From an uncultured archaeon (GTDB taxonomy: Archaea; Asgardarchaeota; Lokiarchaeia; Sigyniarchaeales; Promethearchaeaceae): a stretch of DNA of 32,000 nucleotides. The notes below the pieces were generated by a model, which worked only from the letters and a program-made list of their open reading frames with translations, was not told where the DNA came from and searched no databases. The position numbers and the translations under genes are program-made. Of the stretch, positions 9,542-17,028 are shown in pieces. The stretch lies in the NCBI GenBank assembly GCA_964426185.1, contig CAYRPF010000012.1, forward strand, positions 11,249-43,248, in the 5' to 3' direction. How positions within the stretch are numbered: the first letter of the stretch is position 1; the number at the start of each line of letters is the position of its first letter.

Positions 9542-10734
9542 TGGAGGTATATTTAGACTTGTCAGATAATCTATCCAATAATTCAACCTCTTGGAGTGCT
9601 GTTATCCTCGCAGGTGGATTGGGCTCCAGATTGAATCCTCTTACTGCCAAAATTTGCAAGCCGATGGTTCCAGTAGGAAATAAACCTATGGTTGATTATG
9701 CGATAGATCATCTGCGCTATGCCGGCATAAGGAAGATTATCATAGTTGTTAAGCATATGGGGGATAAACTCCGAAGGTTAATCCAAAATACTTGGACCCC
9801 TCAGATTCAAGAAAAATTAGGTATACAAGTGCTGGTACCGAATGTGGATTCAAAAGGAACGGCAGATGCGGTTCGACGAGTCTCTCATATGATTGATACG
9901 GAATATTTCGTGGTAAGCATGGCCGATATCGTAACCAACCTTCCTATGCGGGAATTTATGAATTTTCATGAACTAAAGAATGCTCAAGCCACCGTCAGTA
10001 TGAAAAGAATTGAAGAAATGGCCACCAAATACGGAAATACCCTATTGGATAAAGAAGGTCGAATTATTAGGTTTCTAGAGAAGCCCAGCAGCGAAGAAAT
10101 TTATCTCTCTGCTTTAACAGGAGGTTCAACTGAAGCATTACCAATCATTAACACCGGTATTTACTGTTTTAAACATGAAATTCTCGATTTACTGAATTCC
10201 ACCGATTTCATGGATTTTGGAAAGGAAGTTTTTCCATATTTACTCGAACACCAATATTCACTGTACGGGTTTGTCCAAGATTATTATTGGTTGGATGTGG
10301 GAAACCCAACCACATATCTGTGGAGTAATTGGGACGTGCTTCGTTTATATGGATATCCAATCTCTCCTGCAGGAGTTCGGCAGGGCTTGCAACATATCTG
10401 GTATGCTGGTAATATTCCACCTCCCGTTTCTCATGATAATTTTGTCTGCTTCGGTTCTGATAATCATTTTGGGGAAAATTCTCATATCCATGAACTCTGT
10501 ATCATTGGCTCTCACTGCAAATTTGGAAAAAAAGTAGAAATCTCTCGCAGTGTTATTTGGGATAATTGTACCGTAGGCGATAATGTCAAAATCGAACAAT
10601 CGGTTATTGCTGATGGCTGCGTAATTGGCAATAATTGTATAATTCGAAGTAATTCCATTATAGGCCCGAACTGTTCGATTTCTGATGGTGTTATTCTCGA
10701 TGCAAAAACCCTAAAGGAAGATTCACATATATAA
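9541..10734 (+). CDS. Sugar-1-phosphate nucleotidyltransferase (NDP-sugar synthase; GDP-Man pyrophosphorylase/GlgC-like) with C-terminal left-handed beta-helix
   Basis: AGGLGSRLNPLT...KP, GTADAV, FLEKP, INTGIY, DFGKEVFP, YWLDVG, and hexapeptide repeats. TAATG overlap with the upstream gene; alternative TTG start at 9559 after GGAGGT. Confidence 0.9.
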   Translation: MEVYLDLSDNLSNNSTSWSAVILAGGLGSRLNPLTAKICKPMVPVGNKPMVDYAIDHLRYAGIRKIIIVVKHMGDKLRRLIQNTWTPQIQEKLGIQVLVPNVDSKGTADAVRRVSHMIDTEYFVVSMADIVTNLPMREFMNFHELKNAQATVSMKRIEEMATKYGNTLLDKEGRIIRFLEKPSSEEIYLSALTGGSTEALPIINTGIYCFKHEILDLLNSTDFMDFGKEVFPYLLEHQYSLYGFVQDYYWLDVGNPTTYLWSNWDVLRLYGYPISPAGVRQGLQHIWYAGNIPPPVSHDNFVCFGSDNHFGENSHIHELCIIGSHCKFGKKVEISRSVIWDNCTVGDNVKIEQSVIADGCVIGNNCIIRSNSIIGPNCSISDGVILDAKTLKEDSHI

Positions 10735-10865
10735 AAATATTTAATGAATAATTGATGATTTAATAAAATACGCTGGAATAATTTTTACCAGACACCTTGC
10801 TTTTATCTTGGTTGCCTTGGCATTAATATTCTAACTCCCACTGATAAAAACCGTGAAAATTACCA

Positions 10866-11417
10866 ATGAAAAACATCCGTGAATACGTTTTTAAAGTTAC
10901 CGTTCTTGGAGACGGAGGTGTTGGAAAAACCTCAATGGTACTCCAATTTACTGAAAATAAATTTAAAGCCAATTATATCATGACTATCGGTAGTAACTTT
11001 GCCATCAAATTGATCAAATACGACGATGAAACTATATGTCGATTACAGATATGGGATCTTGCTGGTCAATCTAGTTTTGCTTTTGTTCGTCCAGGATTTT
11101 ATCAAGGTAGTTTTGCCAATATTTATGTATATGATATCACCGACCGTAAGAGTTTCAATGCGATTGAAGATTGGGTGAATGAAGCGGAGCAATACGTTCC
11201 GAATGTGCCTCGAGTGTTGGTGGGAAATAAATTGGATTTAACCGAAGAGCGTGTTGTGAGTCGTTCTGAAGGATCCACCTTAGCGGAGAAGTTAGGTGCA
11301 AGATTCTATGAGACTTCTGCGAAAACTGGGGAGAATTTGGAGCAAATATTCAAGGATTTGAACGATAAGTTAGTTGAGATTCACGTCAAGAAGGTGAGTT
11401 TTGGTGTTTCTCATTAA
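10866..11417 (+). CDS. Rab-like small GTPase (Ras superfamily)
   Basis: G1 GDGGVGKTS, G2 TIG, G3 WDLAGQ, G4 NKLD, G5 ETSAK; RabF-like IGSNF, RLQIW, FYQGS, YVYDIT. No C-terminal Cys prenylation motif. Confidence 0.93.
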   Translation: MKNIREYVFKVTVLGDGGVGKTSMVLQFTENKFKANYIMTIGSNFAIKLIKYDDETICRLQIWDLAGQSSFAFVRPGFYQGSFANIYVYDITDRKSFNAIEDWVNEAEQYVPNVPRVLVGNKLDLTEERVVSRSEGSTLAEKLGARFYETSAKTGENLEQIFKDLNDKLVEIHVKKVSFGVSH

Positions 11418-11448
11418 TAGATTCACGTCAAGAAGGTGAGTTTTGGTG
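11377..11448 (+). repeat. Perfect 30-bp direct repeat (period 42 bp) spanning the GTPase stop codon
   Basis: agattcacgtcaagaaggtgagttttggtg at 11377-11406 and 11419-11448, separated by tttctcattaat. Confidence 0.95.
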
Positions 11449-11680
11449 ATTACTTTTTCTTTGCTATCTTCATCTTTTAAAAAGTACTATATATTTTTTA
11501 ACTCAAAGCTTTTTATTTAGGTTATCTATTACATATGATTATTTACTATAATTACTGAAATTCAAAATAATCGAGATGTGAATGCCAGTAAATGGCATCT
11601 ATAACATTTTCATGTTAAAATATCTTATAGATATTTATAATTCAAATCAAATCACCTTGCAACAGTATGTGATATCTATT

Positions 11681-12922
11681 ATGTCAATGCAAAAAACACC
11701 AAAATTCTGCTGGGGATGCGGCAAACCACTTAAACCAGGACAGAAATTCTGCACTTTTTGTGGGAAAAAGGTAAAAATTGAAGGATCTCCTTTGAATACC
11801 GCTTTGCCGAATAATGCCCCTCGTGTTGCCCCTCATGTAGCATCAAAATATAATCAACGGTCATCGAGTATCTCAAAACAACCCAGCAATTTGTATGGAA
11901 GATCTACTCAAAAAGATGTCTTGCCCCAAAATCGTATATCCGCTTCTACACCCGTTTCTGGTTCTACACCTATTTCTGGTACTGCAGCTATTTCAGTTTC
12001 TTCACCAACTTCTGCTTCCAATTCCATTGCTAGTTCTGATTCTAACTCTTACATTCGCACAAAGGTGGATTCTATTGAGAATATTCTGACCCAAGGGGAA
12101 GTTAAGTCAAATTTTGAAAGATTGGACTATAAACTCAATTCATTGAATATGGAAAACAAGTTAGTCGACATTGAGCACGCAATTAATGATTTGAAGATTA
12201 AAACTAACCAAGTTCAAGAGTTGGTTCAAACCCAACAGATAGAAAATTCTTCCAAATCCCAATCTCAGTCTGTTGCCATGACGGAAGATCTCAAGGAGAA
12301 GCTTGACTCTGTAGCTTCAAAAGAAGATTTACGGGAAGTTTATGATCGAATTGATGCCTTAGATATTTCCACGTTCAGCACTATTGATGCCCGACTCAGT
12401 CAAATTGAAAATAAGGTAAGTTCGCCTTTATTAGATTCCGAACAAACCATAAATTTAGCAAAAAATACTGTAACGCGTCTAAATTCTATCGAAGAGAAGT
12501 TAGATACAAATAATTTAGAAATTCGAACTCGACTCCATCGTTTAGATGAAAAAATCCAAGAGTTTGATTCCCGAATTGAGCGATTTACAAACAATTTGGA
12601 ATTGTTAGTTCCCTCCTTGGTCAAATTAACGGAAAAAATAAACCAGCTGCAGGAAAAAGTAACTCTTATTTCCAAGAAAACTTCTTCTATTGAACGTCGT
12701 CAAAAGGCATTGGATTTACCTCCATTTCCTCAGAATCAATCCCAGAAAGTGCTTTCACCGGATGTTTCTTCCTTGGATGATTCTTCATCGATTACCGAAA
12801 ATGGCCTTTCAGATTCATATGATTTAAAAAAAAAGCAATCCGAGCCTAAAAAAGACCGTGTTTTGGAGGAGTCAGAAAAAGAATCATCCGTCCAAAATTC
12901 TGCGCAACCTCTCACTGAATAG
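11681..12922 (+). CDS. Zinc-ribbon + Ser/Pro-rich linker + long coiled-coil protein (track start 11582; ATG 11681 more likely)
   Basis: CWGCGKPLKPGQKFCTFCG (2x CxxC), about 90 aa of low-complexity linker, about 210 aa of heptad-rich sequence, acidic/Ser tail. GTGAT SD-like motif before ATG 11681. Confidence 0.8.
   Translation: MSMQKTPKFCWGCGKPLKPGQKFCTFCGKKVKIEGSPLNTALPNNAPRVAPHVASKYNQRSSSISKQPSNLYGRSTQKDVLPQNRISASTPVSGSTPISGTAAISVSSPTSASNSIASSDSNSYIRTKVDSIENILTQGEVKSNFERLDYKLNSLNMENKLVDIEHAINDLKIKTNQVQELVQTQQIENSSKSQSQSVAMTEDLKEKLDSVASKEDLREVYDRIDALDISTFSTIDARLSQIENKVSSPLLDSEQTINLAKNTVTRLNSIEEKLDTNNLEIRTRLHRLDEKIQEFDSRIERFTNNLELLVPSLVKLTEKINQLQEKVTLISKKTSSIERRQKALDLPPFPQNQSQKVLSPDVSSLDDSSSITENGLSDSYDLKKKQSEPKKDRVLEESEKESSVQNSAQPLTE
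11945..11998 (+). repeat. Imperfect 18-bp tandem repeat x3 (STPVSG-STPISG-TAAISV)
   Basis: tctacacccgtttctggt / tctacacctatttctggt / actgcagctatttcagtt. Confidence 0.7.
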
Positions 12923-13055
12923 GAATTTTCCTTTGTTCATCGATTTTTTATTTCGGAATGTTGAACTGAAAGAAATTTCTGCTTTGAATCAAAAAAATTT
13001 TAATCAATGCTACTTTCACACACTTATAATTAATGAACTCTAGGTAGCGAAACAA

Positions 13056-13211
13056 ATGCCAGTAACAGACCCTTACCTAAGAAAAGTCGCCGACCATTAT
13101 CATTTATATGTATATATATGCCGGAAATGCGGAGCTCGAAACCCATTTCGTGCGAAGAAATGCCGGAAATGCCATAGTCATGATTTACGGCCTAAGCGGC
13201 GAGAACGTTAA
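13056..13211 (+). CDS. rpl40e: 50S ribosomal protein eL40 (L40e), stand-alone; not in the ORF track
   Basis: Manual translation [51 protein letters not shown] (51 aa) has the L40e signature ICRKCxARNP..A.KCRKC.S..LRPK. Confidence 0.95.
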   Translation: MPVTDPYLRKVADHYHLYVYICRKCGARNPFRAKKCRKCHSHDLRPKRRER

Positions 13212-13247
13212 ACGTAAATAGAAGTTGAAATTAAAGAGGTTAACATT

Positions 13248-13445
13248 ATGCCTGAAGAAATAACTGATGTAGAAAAATTCTTAGAAATTGCCAAAACAAG
13301 AGCATCTGAATGCCGAATTAAAAAATCGGGCGAACACGTTAAAATTAAACTCCGGACACCTTCAAAACTCTATACTTTAAAAACGGATTCCGCCCATGCT
13401 GAAGAGATTTTAAAACAAATTGAAATCGAACACATTGAGATGTAA
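13248..13445 (+). CDS. rpl38e: 50S ribosomal protein eL38 (L38e)
   Basis: MPEEITDVEKFLEIA...IKK...KIKLRTPSKLYTL matches the L38e pattern. GAGGT SD upstream; adjacent to eL40. Confidence 0.88.
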   Translation: MPEEITDVEKFLEIAKTRASECRIKKSGEHVKIKLRTPSKLYTLKTDSAHAEEILKQIEIEHIEM

Positions 13446-13541
13446 ATAGAAGAGAATTAAGAACCTAACCTAAGAAAATAACCGAATAAATTAAGTTAAC
13501 ACACCATAACTTTCACTTAACTCTTGACAGTATGTCCTATG

Positions 13542-13551
13542 TTTTTTTTTT
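13542..13551 (+). terminator. Oligo-T terminator candidate after rpl40e-rpl38e
   Basis: T10 run in the intergenic region. Confidence 0.45.
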
Positions 13552-13584
13552 CGTATTTTAAATTTAATAACCAATAGGTAGAAA

Positions 13585-13959
13585 GTGCATGTGATGACCG
13601 AATCTTCCCTTTTCAAACAAGCCATTATTTTGCGCACAGACTTAAAAATGTCCACCGGAAAAAAAGTAGCCCAAGGTTGTCATGCCGCAGTGGTGGCGGT
13701 AGAATTAGCCCAAAAATACCACACCAGATATTATGAGCGATGGAAGCAAGAAGGGCAGAAGAAGATAGTATTAAAGGTTGGAAGTGAAGAAGAGCTGTTG
13801 GAATTATATAATGAGGCAAAGCGAGTGGGGTTGCCTTGTAGTTTGATTCAAGATGCAGGTTTGACTCAAATTCCTGCCGGATCGAAAACCGCGGTTGCAA
13901 TTGGGCCCGCGCTTTCAAAAGAAGTGGATAAATTGACCAACCGCTTGAAATTGCTTTAG
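13585..13959 (+). CDS. pth2: Peptidyl-tRNA hydrolase 2
   Basis: KQAIILRTDLKMSTGKKVAQGCHA, WKQEGQKKIVLK, IQDAGLTQIPAGSKTAVAIGP, T..LKLL. Confidence 0.95.
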   Translation: MHVMTESSLFKQAIILRTDLKMSTGKKVAQGCHAAVVAVELAQKYHTRYYERWKQEGQKKIVLKVGSEEELLELYNEAKRVGLPCSLIQDAGLTQIPAGSKTAVAIGPALSKEVDKLTNRLKLL

Positions 13960-14046
13960 TGGCATTATTTGTTAGAGTGGCATTATATATTTTACTGGCG
14001 TAACTCTTATATTTTACAAGATGTGATATTACACAGTGAAAAAATA

Positions 14047-14451
14047 ATGCCCATGATATCACTTCAAGTCAGTTCCGAATTGCAGAAAAATCTGGATCAC
14101 GTGCAAGAGAAATTGGGTTATTCTTCCCGAAGCGAATTGTTACGCGAAATGATTTTAGAGTATATTCGAGATCATACCAAAGATTTACCAGCCATCAGCC
14201 ATCAACTTGCCGTTATAACCGTTCATTATGAAGCTCGGGAGGATATTGCCACGAAATTTTCCGAAATTACCTTACAGTATGATGAACTCATCAAATCCAT
14301 TACACAATATAATTTAAAAACTCGTATAATTAAAATTATGCTGTTAGCTGGAAATTCTCGGGATATTAACGAGTTTTATCGGGAAATCAGCGGCGATCGT
14401 TTGTTTAAATCTACAATAACCTTTTTAGTCATCCCAGAAAAGAAAGAATAA
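14047..14451 (+). CDS. CopG/NikR-like ribbon-helix-helix transcription regulator with C-terminal ACT-like domain (track start 13969; ATG 14047 more likely)
   Basis: ISLQVSSELQKNLD...GYSSRSELLREMI is an RHH domain. The C-terminal domain parallels the NikR metal-binding domain but lacks the HxH and Cys ligands. Confidence 0.8.
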   Translation: MPMISLQVSSELQKNLDHVQEKLGYSSRSELLREMILEYIRDHTKDLPAISHQLAVITVHYEAREDIATKFSEITLQYDELIKSITQYNLKTRIIKIMLLAGNSRDINEFYREISGDRLFKSTITFLVIPEKKE

Positions 14452-14459
14452 CAAGGATT

Positions 14460-15974
14460 TCATTTTTCGGGAGGCACTGTAGGAAGAAATCGAGATATTT
14501 TTTGCTGAAATTCTTCGAAGGAGTAAGGTTTTAACAATATATCATCAAATCCAAAATCATGGTAATTGGCCAAAACCGAATTATTACTATAACCACTTGA
14601 TGCAATAATCTTTGCCTCGAGAAATTGCGATTTTAACTGTCTGGCTGTTTCTTTTCCTCCCATACCTCCCGGAATAATAAGATCTAAAATTACCAAATCA
14701 AACGGATCTTGGAGTGTAAACGCTGAAACGTATTTTACCATTAATTCTGTTCCATCGAATGCACCTTCATATTGAATTCCAAGTTGATCACACATCCGCT
14801 GTAAAAGCATATGTATCGATTTCTCATCATCTAATACGAGAATTTTTCCTGAAAATTTCCATTTTTGCTGTGAACTTTCTTTCTGTTCTAAATCTTTACC
14901 CCCTTTTGCAACAGGTAGGTAAATATAAAATGTTGTACCAATGTATGGTTCTGAGGTAAATGTAATATAACCTCCATGATGTTTTATGATAGAATATGTC
15001 GTTGCCAACCCTAGTCCATTACCTTTGGATTTTGTAGTGAAATAGGGATCAAAAATTCTGTTTTGCAGTGATTTTGGAATTCCCCGCCCGTTATCTTGAA
15101 TTGAAATAAGAACATATTTACCATTTGGTAGCGGAATTTTCGAGTGCTCGTCAATGGTTATATTTACTGCTGAAATTTTGATTAATGCTTGCTCTGAATG
15201 TTCCATTGCTTGATCTGCGTTTAAGATGATGTTATTTAATACTTGATTGATTTGTCCTGCATCTACATCAATTTTAGGTAAGTTTTCTTCGAAGTAATAG
15301 ACACATTTTGATTTAGTGCCACGTAAAATGAAGTTGGCTGATTCTTTTATCAGATCTTGAATTGATTCAGGCTTTTTTACTGGATTTCCTCCTTTTGAAA
15401 AAATAAGAAGTTGGTTTGTTAGCTGTTTTGCTCTGATTACGCTGTCATGCAAACTTTCAAGAATTTCGTGATATTCTTCTTCATCATTTGAAGTGAAATT
15501 AAGTAATTCCAAATTTCCTAAAATACTGGTTAAAATATTGTTATAATCATGGGCAATCCCTCCAGCCAGCACTCCAATGGATTCAATTTTTTGATTACGG
15601 AGGAATTCATTATCTAATTGATCTTGTTTATGCCTTATCGCTCTTTTGGCGTATTTCATTTGGGTTATATCACGGAGAATTACAAGTAAACACTTCTTTT
15701 CTTCAAATACAATATCTTTTACATTTATTTCGAGCCAAATTTTCTGCCCATTTGGAAGTATAAATGTTTTTTCTGTGGTAAATGGTGTCTTGTTGGTTTG
15801 TAGTAACTTCTCGATCTCTTCTAATTGAAATCCAACTGTTTTTGATTCAAAGAATTGATTGGCATAGATAATATGATTTGATTTAATAATTAGAATACCA
15901 AGATCGATCTGGTTTAAAATATTTCTAAACCCTTTTTCTCTCTTTGTAGATTGATTCATTAAATCCAATTTCAA
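14460..15974 (-). CDS. Hybrid sensor histidine kinase/response regulator (PAS-HisKA-HATPase-REC), cytoplasmic
   Basis: H-box AGGIAHDYNNIL, N-box NIILNADQA, G1 DNGRGI, F-box FDPYFTTK, G2 GNGLGLA; REC LVLDDE, VILDL, SGY, KPY. No transmembrane segment. Confidence 0.93.
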   Translation of the reverse strand: MKLDLMNQSTKREKGFRNILNQIDLGILIIKSNHIIYANQFFESKTVGFQLEEIEKLLQTNKTPFTTEKTFILPNGQKIWLEINVKDIVFEEKKCLLVILRDITQMKYAKRAIRHKQDQLDNEFLRNQKIESIGVLAGGIAHDYNNILTSILGNLELLNFTSNDEEEYHEILESLHDSVIRAKQLTNQLLIFSKGGNPVKKPESIQDLIKESANFILRGTKSKCVYYFEENLPKIDVDAGQINQVLNNIILNADQAMEHSEQALIKISAVNITIDEHSKIPLPNGKYVLISIQDNGRGIPKSLQNRIFDPYFTTKSKGNGLGLATTYSIIKHHGGYITFTSEPYIGTTFYIYLPVAKGGKDLEQKESSQQKWKFSGKILVLDDEKSIHMLLQRMCDQLGIQYEGAFDGTELMVKYVSAFTLQDPFDLVILDLIIPGGMGGKETARQLKSQFLEAKIIASSGYSNNSVLANYHDFGFDDILLKPYSFEEFQQKISRFLPTVPPEK

Positions 15975-16098
15975 ACACCTCTAATTCTCACTGAATTCTT
16001 AAATACAATTAATTCCATCTGAATTGAAATAAATTCATTAATTTAAAAGAATCTTTATGGTATATTATTTCTTATTTTTGGAATTTTTACATCAATTT

Positions 16099-16983
16099 TT
16101 ACATCAATCTTAATGAAAAGTCAGATTTCACATGAGGGTGAAAAATAATGCTGGAAGTGCTGATTATATCCACTCCTGAGCGGGCATAATCAATCAGTGT
16201 TTCATGTGTAATATTTCCCGAAGCTTCGACCAATACATGACTTGGAATGTTGATTTCACTTAAAGTCTTTTGAATTGCAGCTGGGCTCATATTATCCATC
16301 ATCACAATATCGGCTCCAAATTCAACAGCTGTCTTAAAATCGGTTGGGTTTTCAATTTCAACTTCAATTTTTTTACTAAAACTCGTTAGTTCTCTGGTAA
16401 CTTTGAGTAACTCGGCAATATTTCCATTGTAACGTTTAAGATGTGTATCTTTTAGAAGCACCATATCCGAGAGATTCCAACGATGTGGATCACCTCCACC
16501 AAGGAACACCGCTTTCTTTTCGAAATATGCGAATCCAGGTGTGGTTTTACGTGTGGCTGCAAGTATTGTTTTTAGATCTTGATCACGCAAAAGACTGACT
16601 AATTCGTGAGTGCTTGATGCAATTGATGACAATTTCATGAGAAAATCCAAGGCGGTTCGTTCAACCATTAAAATGGACCTTAGATTTCCAGATAATTCCA
16701 TAACTAAATCCCCTTTTTCAAAATTTTCTCCATCATGGATAAATTTTTTTACAATAATTCCGTTATCTTCAAAGAGTAATGCAGCTTCTTCCAATCCTGC
16801 TAAAATACCGTTTGATTTGGCAAAAATCTTCGCTTGTCCATTTTCAGTGGCGGGGATGATACTGGTGGTAATATCTCCAAAACCCACATCTTCTTCCAAA
16901 TAACTCCTCAATTTATTCAAAAGAATGGATTTAGGCAGGGGGAATGGTTGAGATGGAGAATCTTTAGGATCCATAGCGATCAC
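16099..16983 (-). CDS. nadC: Quinolinate phosphoribosyltransferase (nicotinate-nucleotide diphosphorylase, carboxylating)
   Basis: EDVGFGDITT, VERTALDFL, TRKTTPG, HRWNLSD..LLKDTH, IEVE, MMDNM, EASGNI. Confidence 0.92.
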   Translation of the reverse strand: MIAMDPKDSPSQPFPLPKSILLNKLRSYLEEDVGFGDITTSIIPATENGQAKIFAKSNGILAGLEEAALLFEDNGIIVKKFIHDGENFEKGDLVMELSGNLRSILMVERTALDFLMKLSSIASSTHELVSLLRDQDLKTILAATRKTTPGFAYFEKKAVFLGGGDPHRWNLSDMVLLKDTHLKRYNGNIAELLKVTRELTSFSKKIEVEIENPTDFKTAVEFGADIVMMDNMSPAAIQKTLSEINIPSHVLVEASGNITHETLIDYARSGVDIISTSSIIFHPHVKSDFSLRLM

Positions 16984-17028
16984 AATTCTATATTGAGATA
17001 TATCATTTAATTATTTATTTATTATTCT

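Noticed and set aside
11391-11420. AAG|GTGAGT...TAATAG resembles a 27-nt spliceosomal intron whose removal would delete the Rab stop codons in frame
   Set aside because: It matches the eukaryotic 5' and 3' splice consensus, but all other genes are intronless and archaeal and no spliceosome is known in archaea. Treated as coincidence unless RNA reads show the junction.
11377-11448. 30-bp direct repeat as a mini-CRISPR or att site
   Set aside because: Only two copies, a 12-bp spacer, the first copy is coding sequence, and there is no cas gene, integrase or cargo between the copies.
13493-13512. Inverted repeat AAGTTA-N8-TAACTT upstream of pth2
   Set aside because: 6-bp arms in very AT-rich DNA are expected by chance; no supporting second copy was seen.
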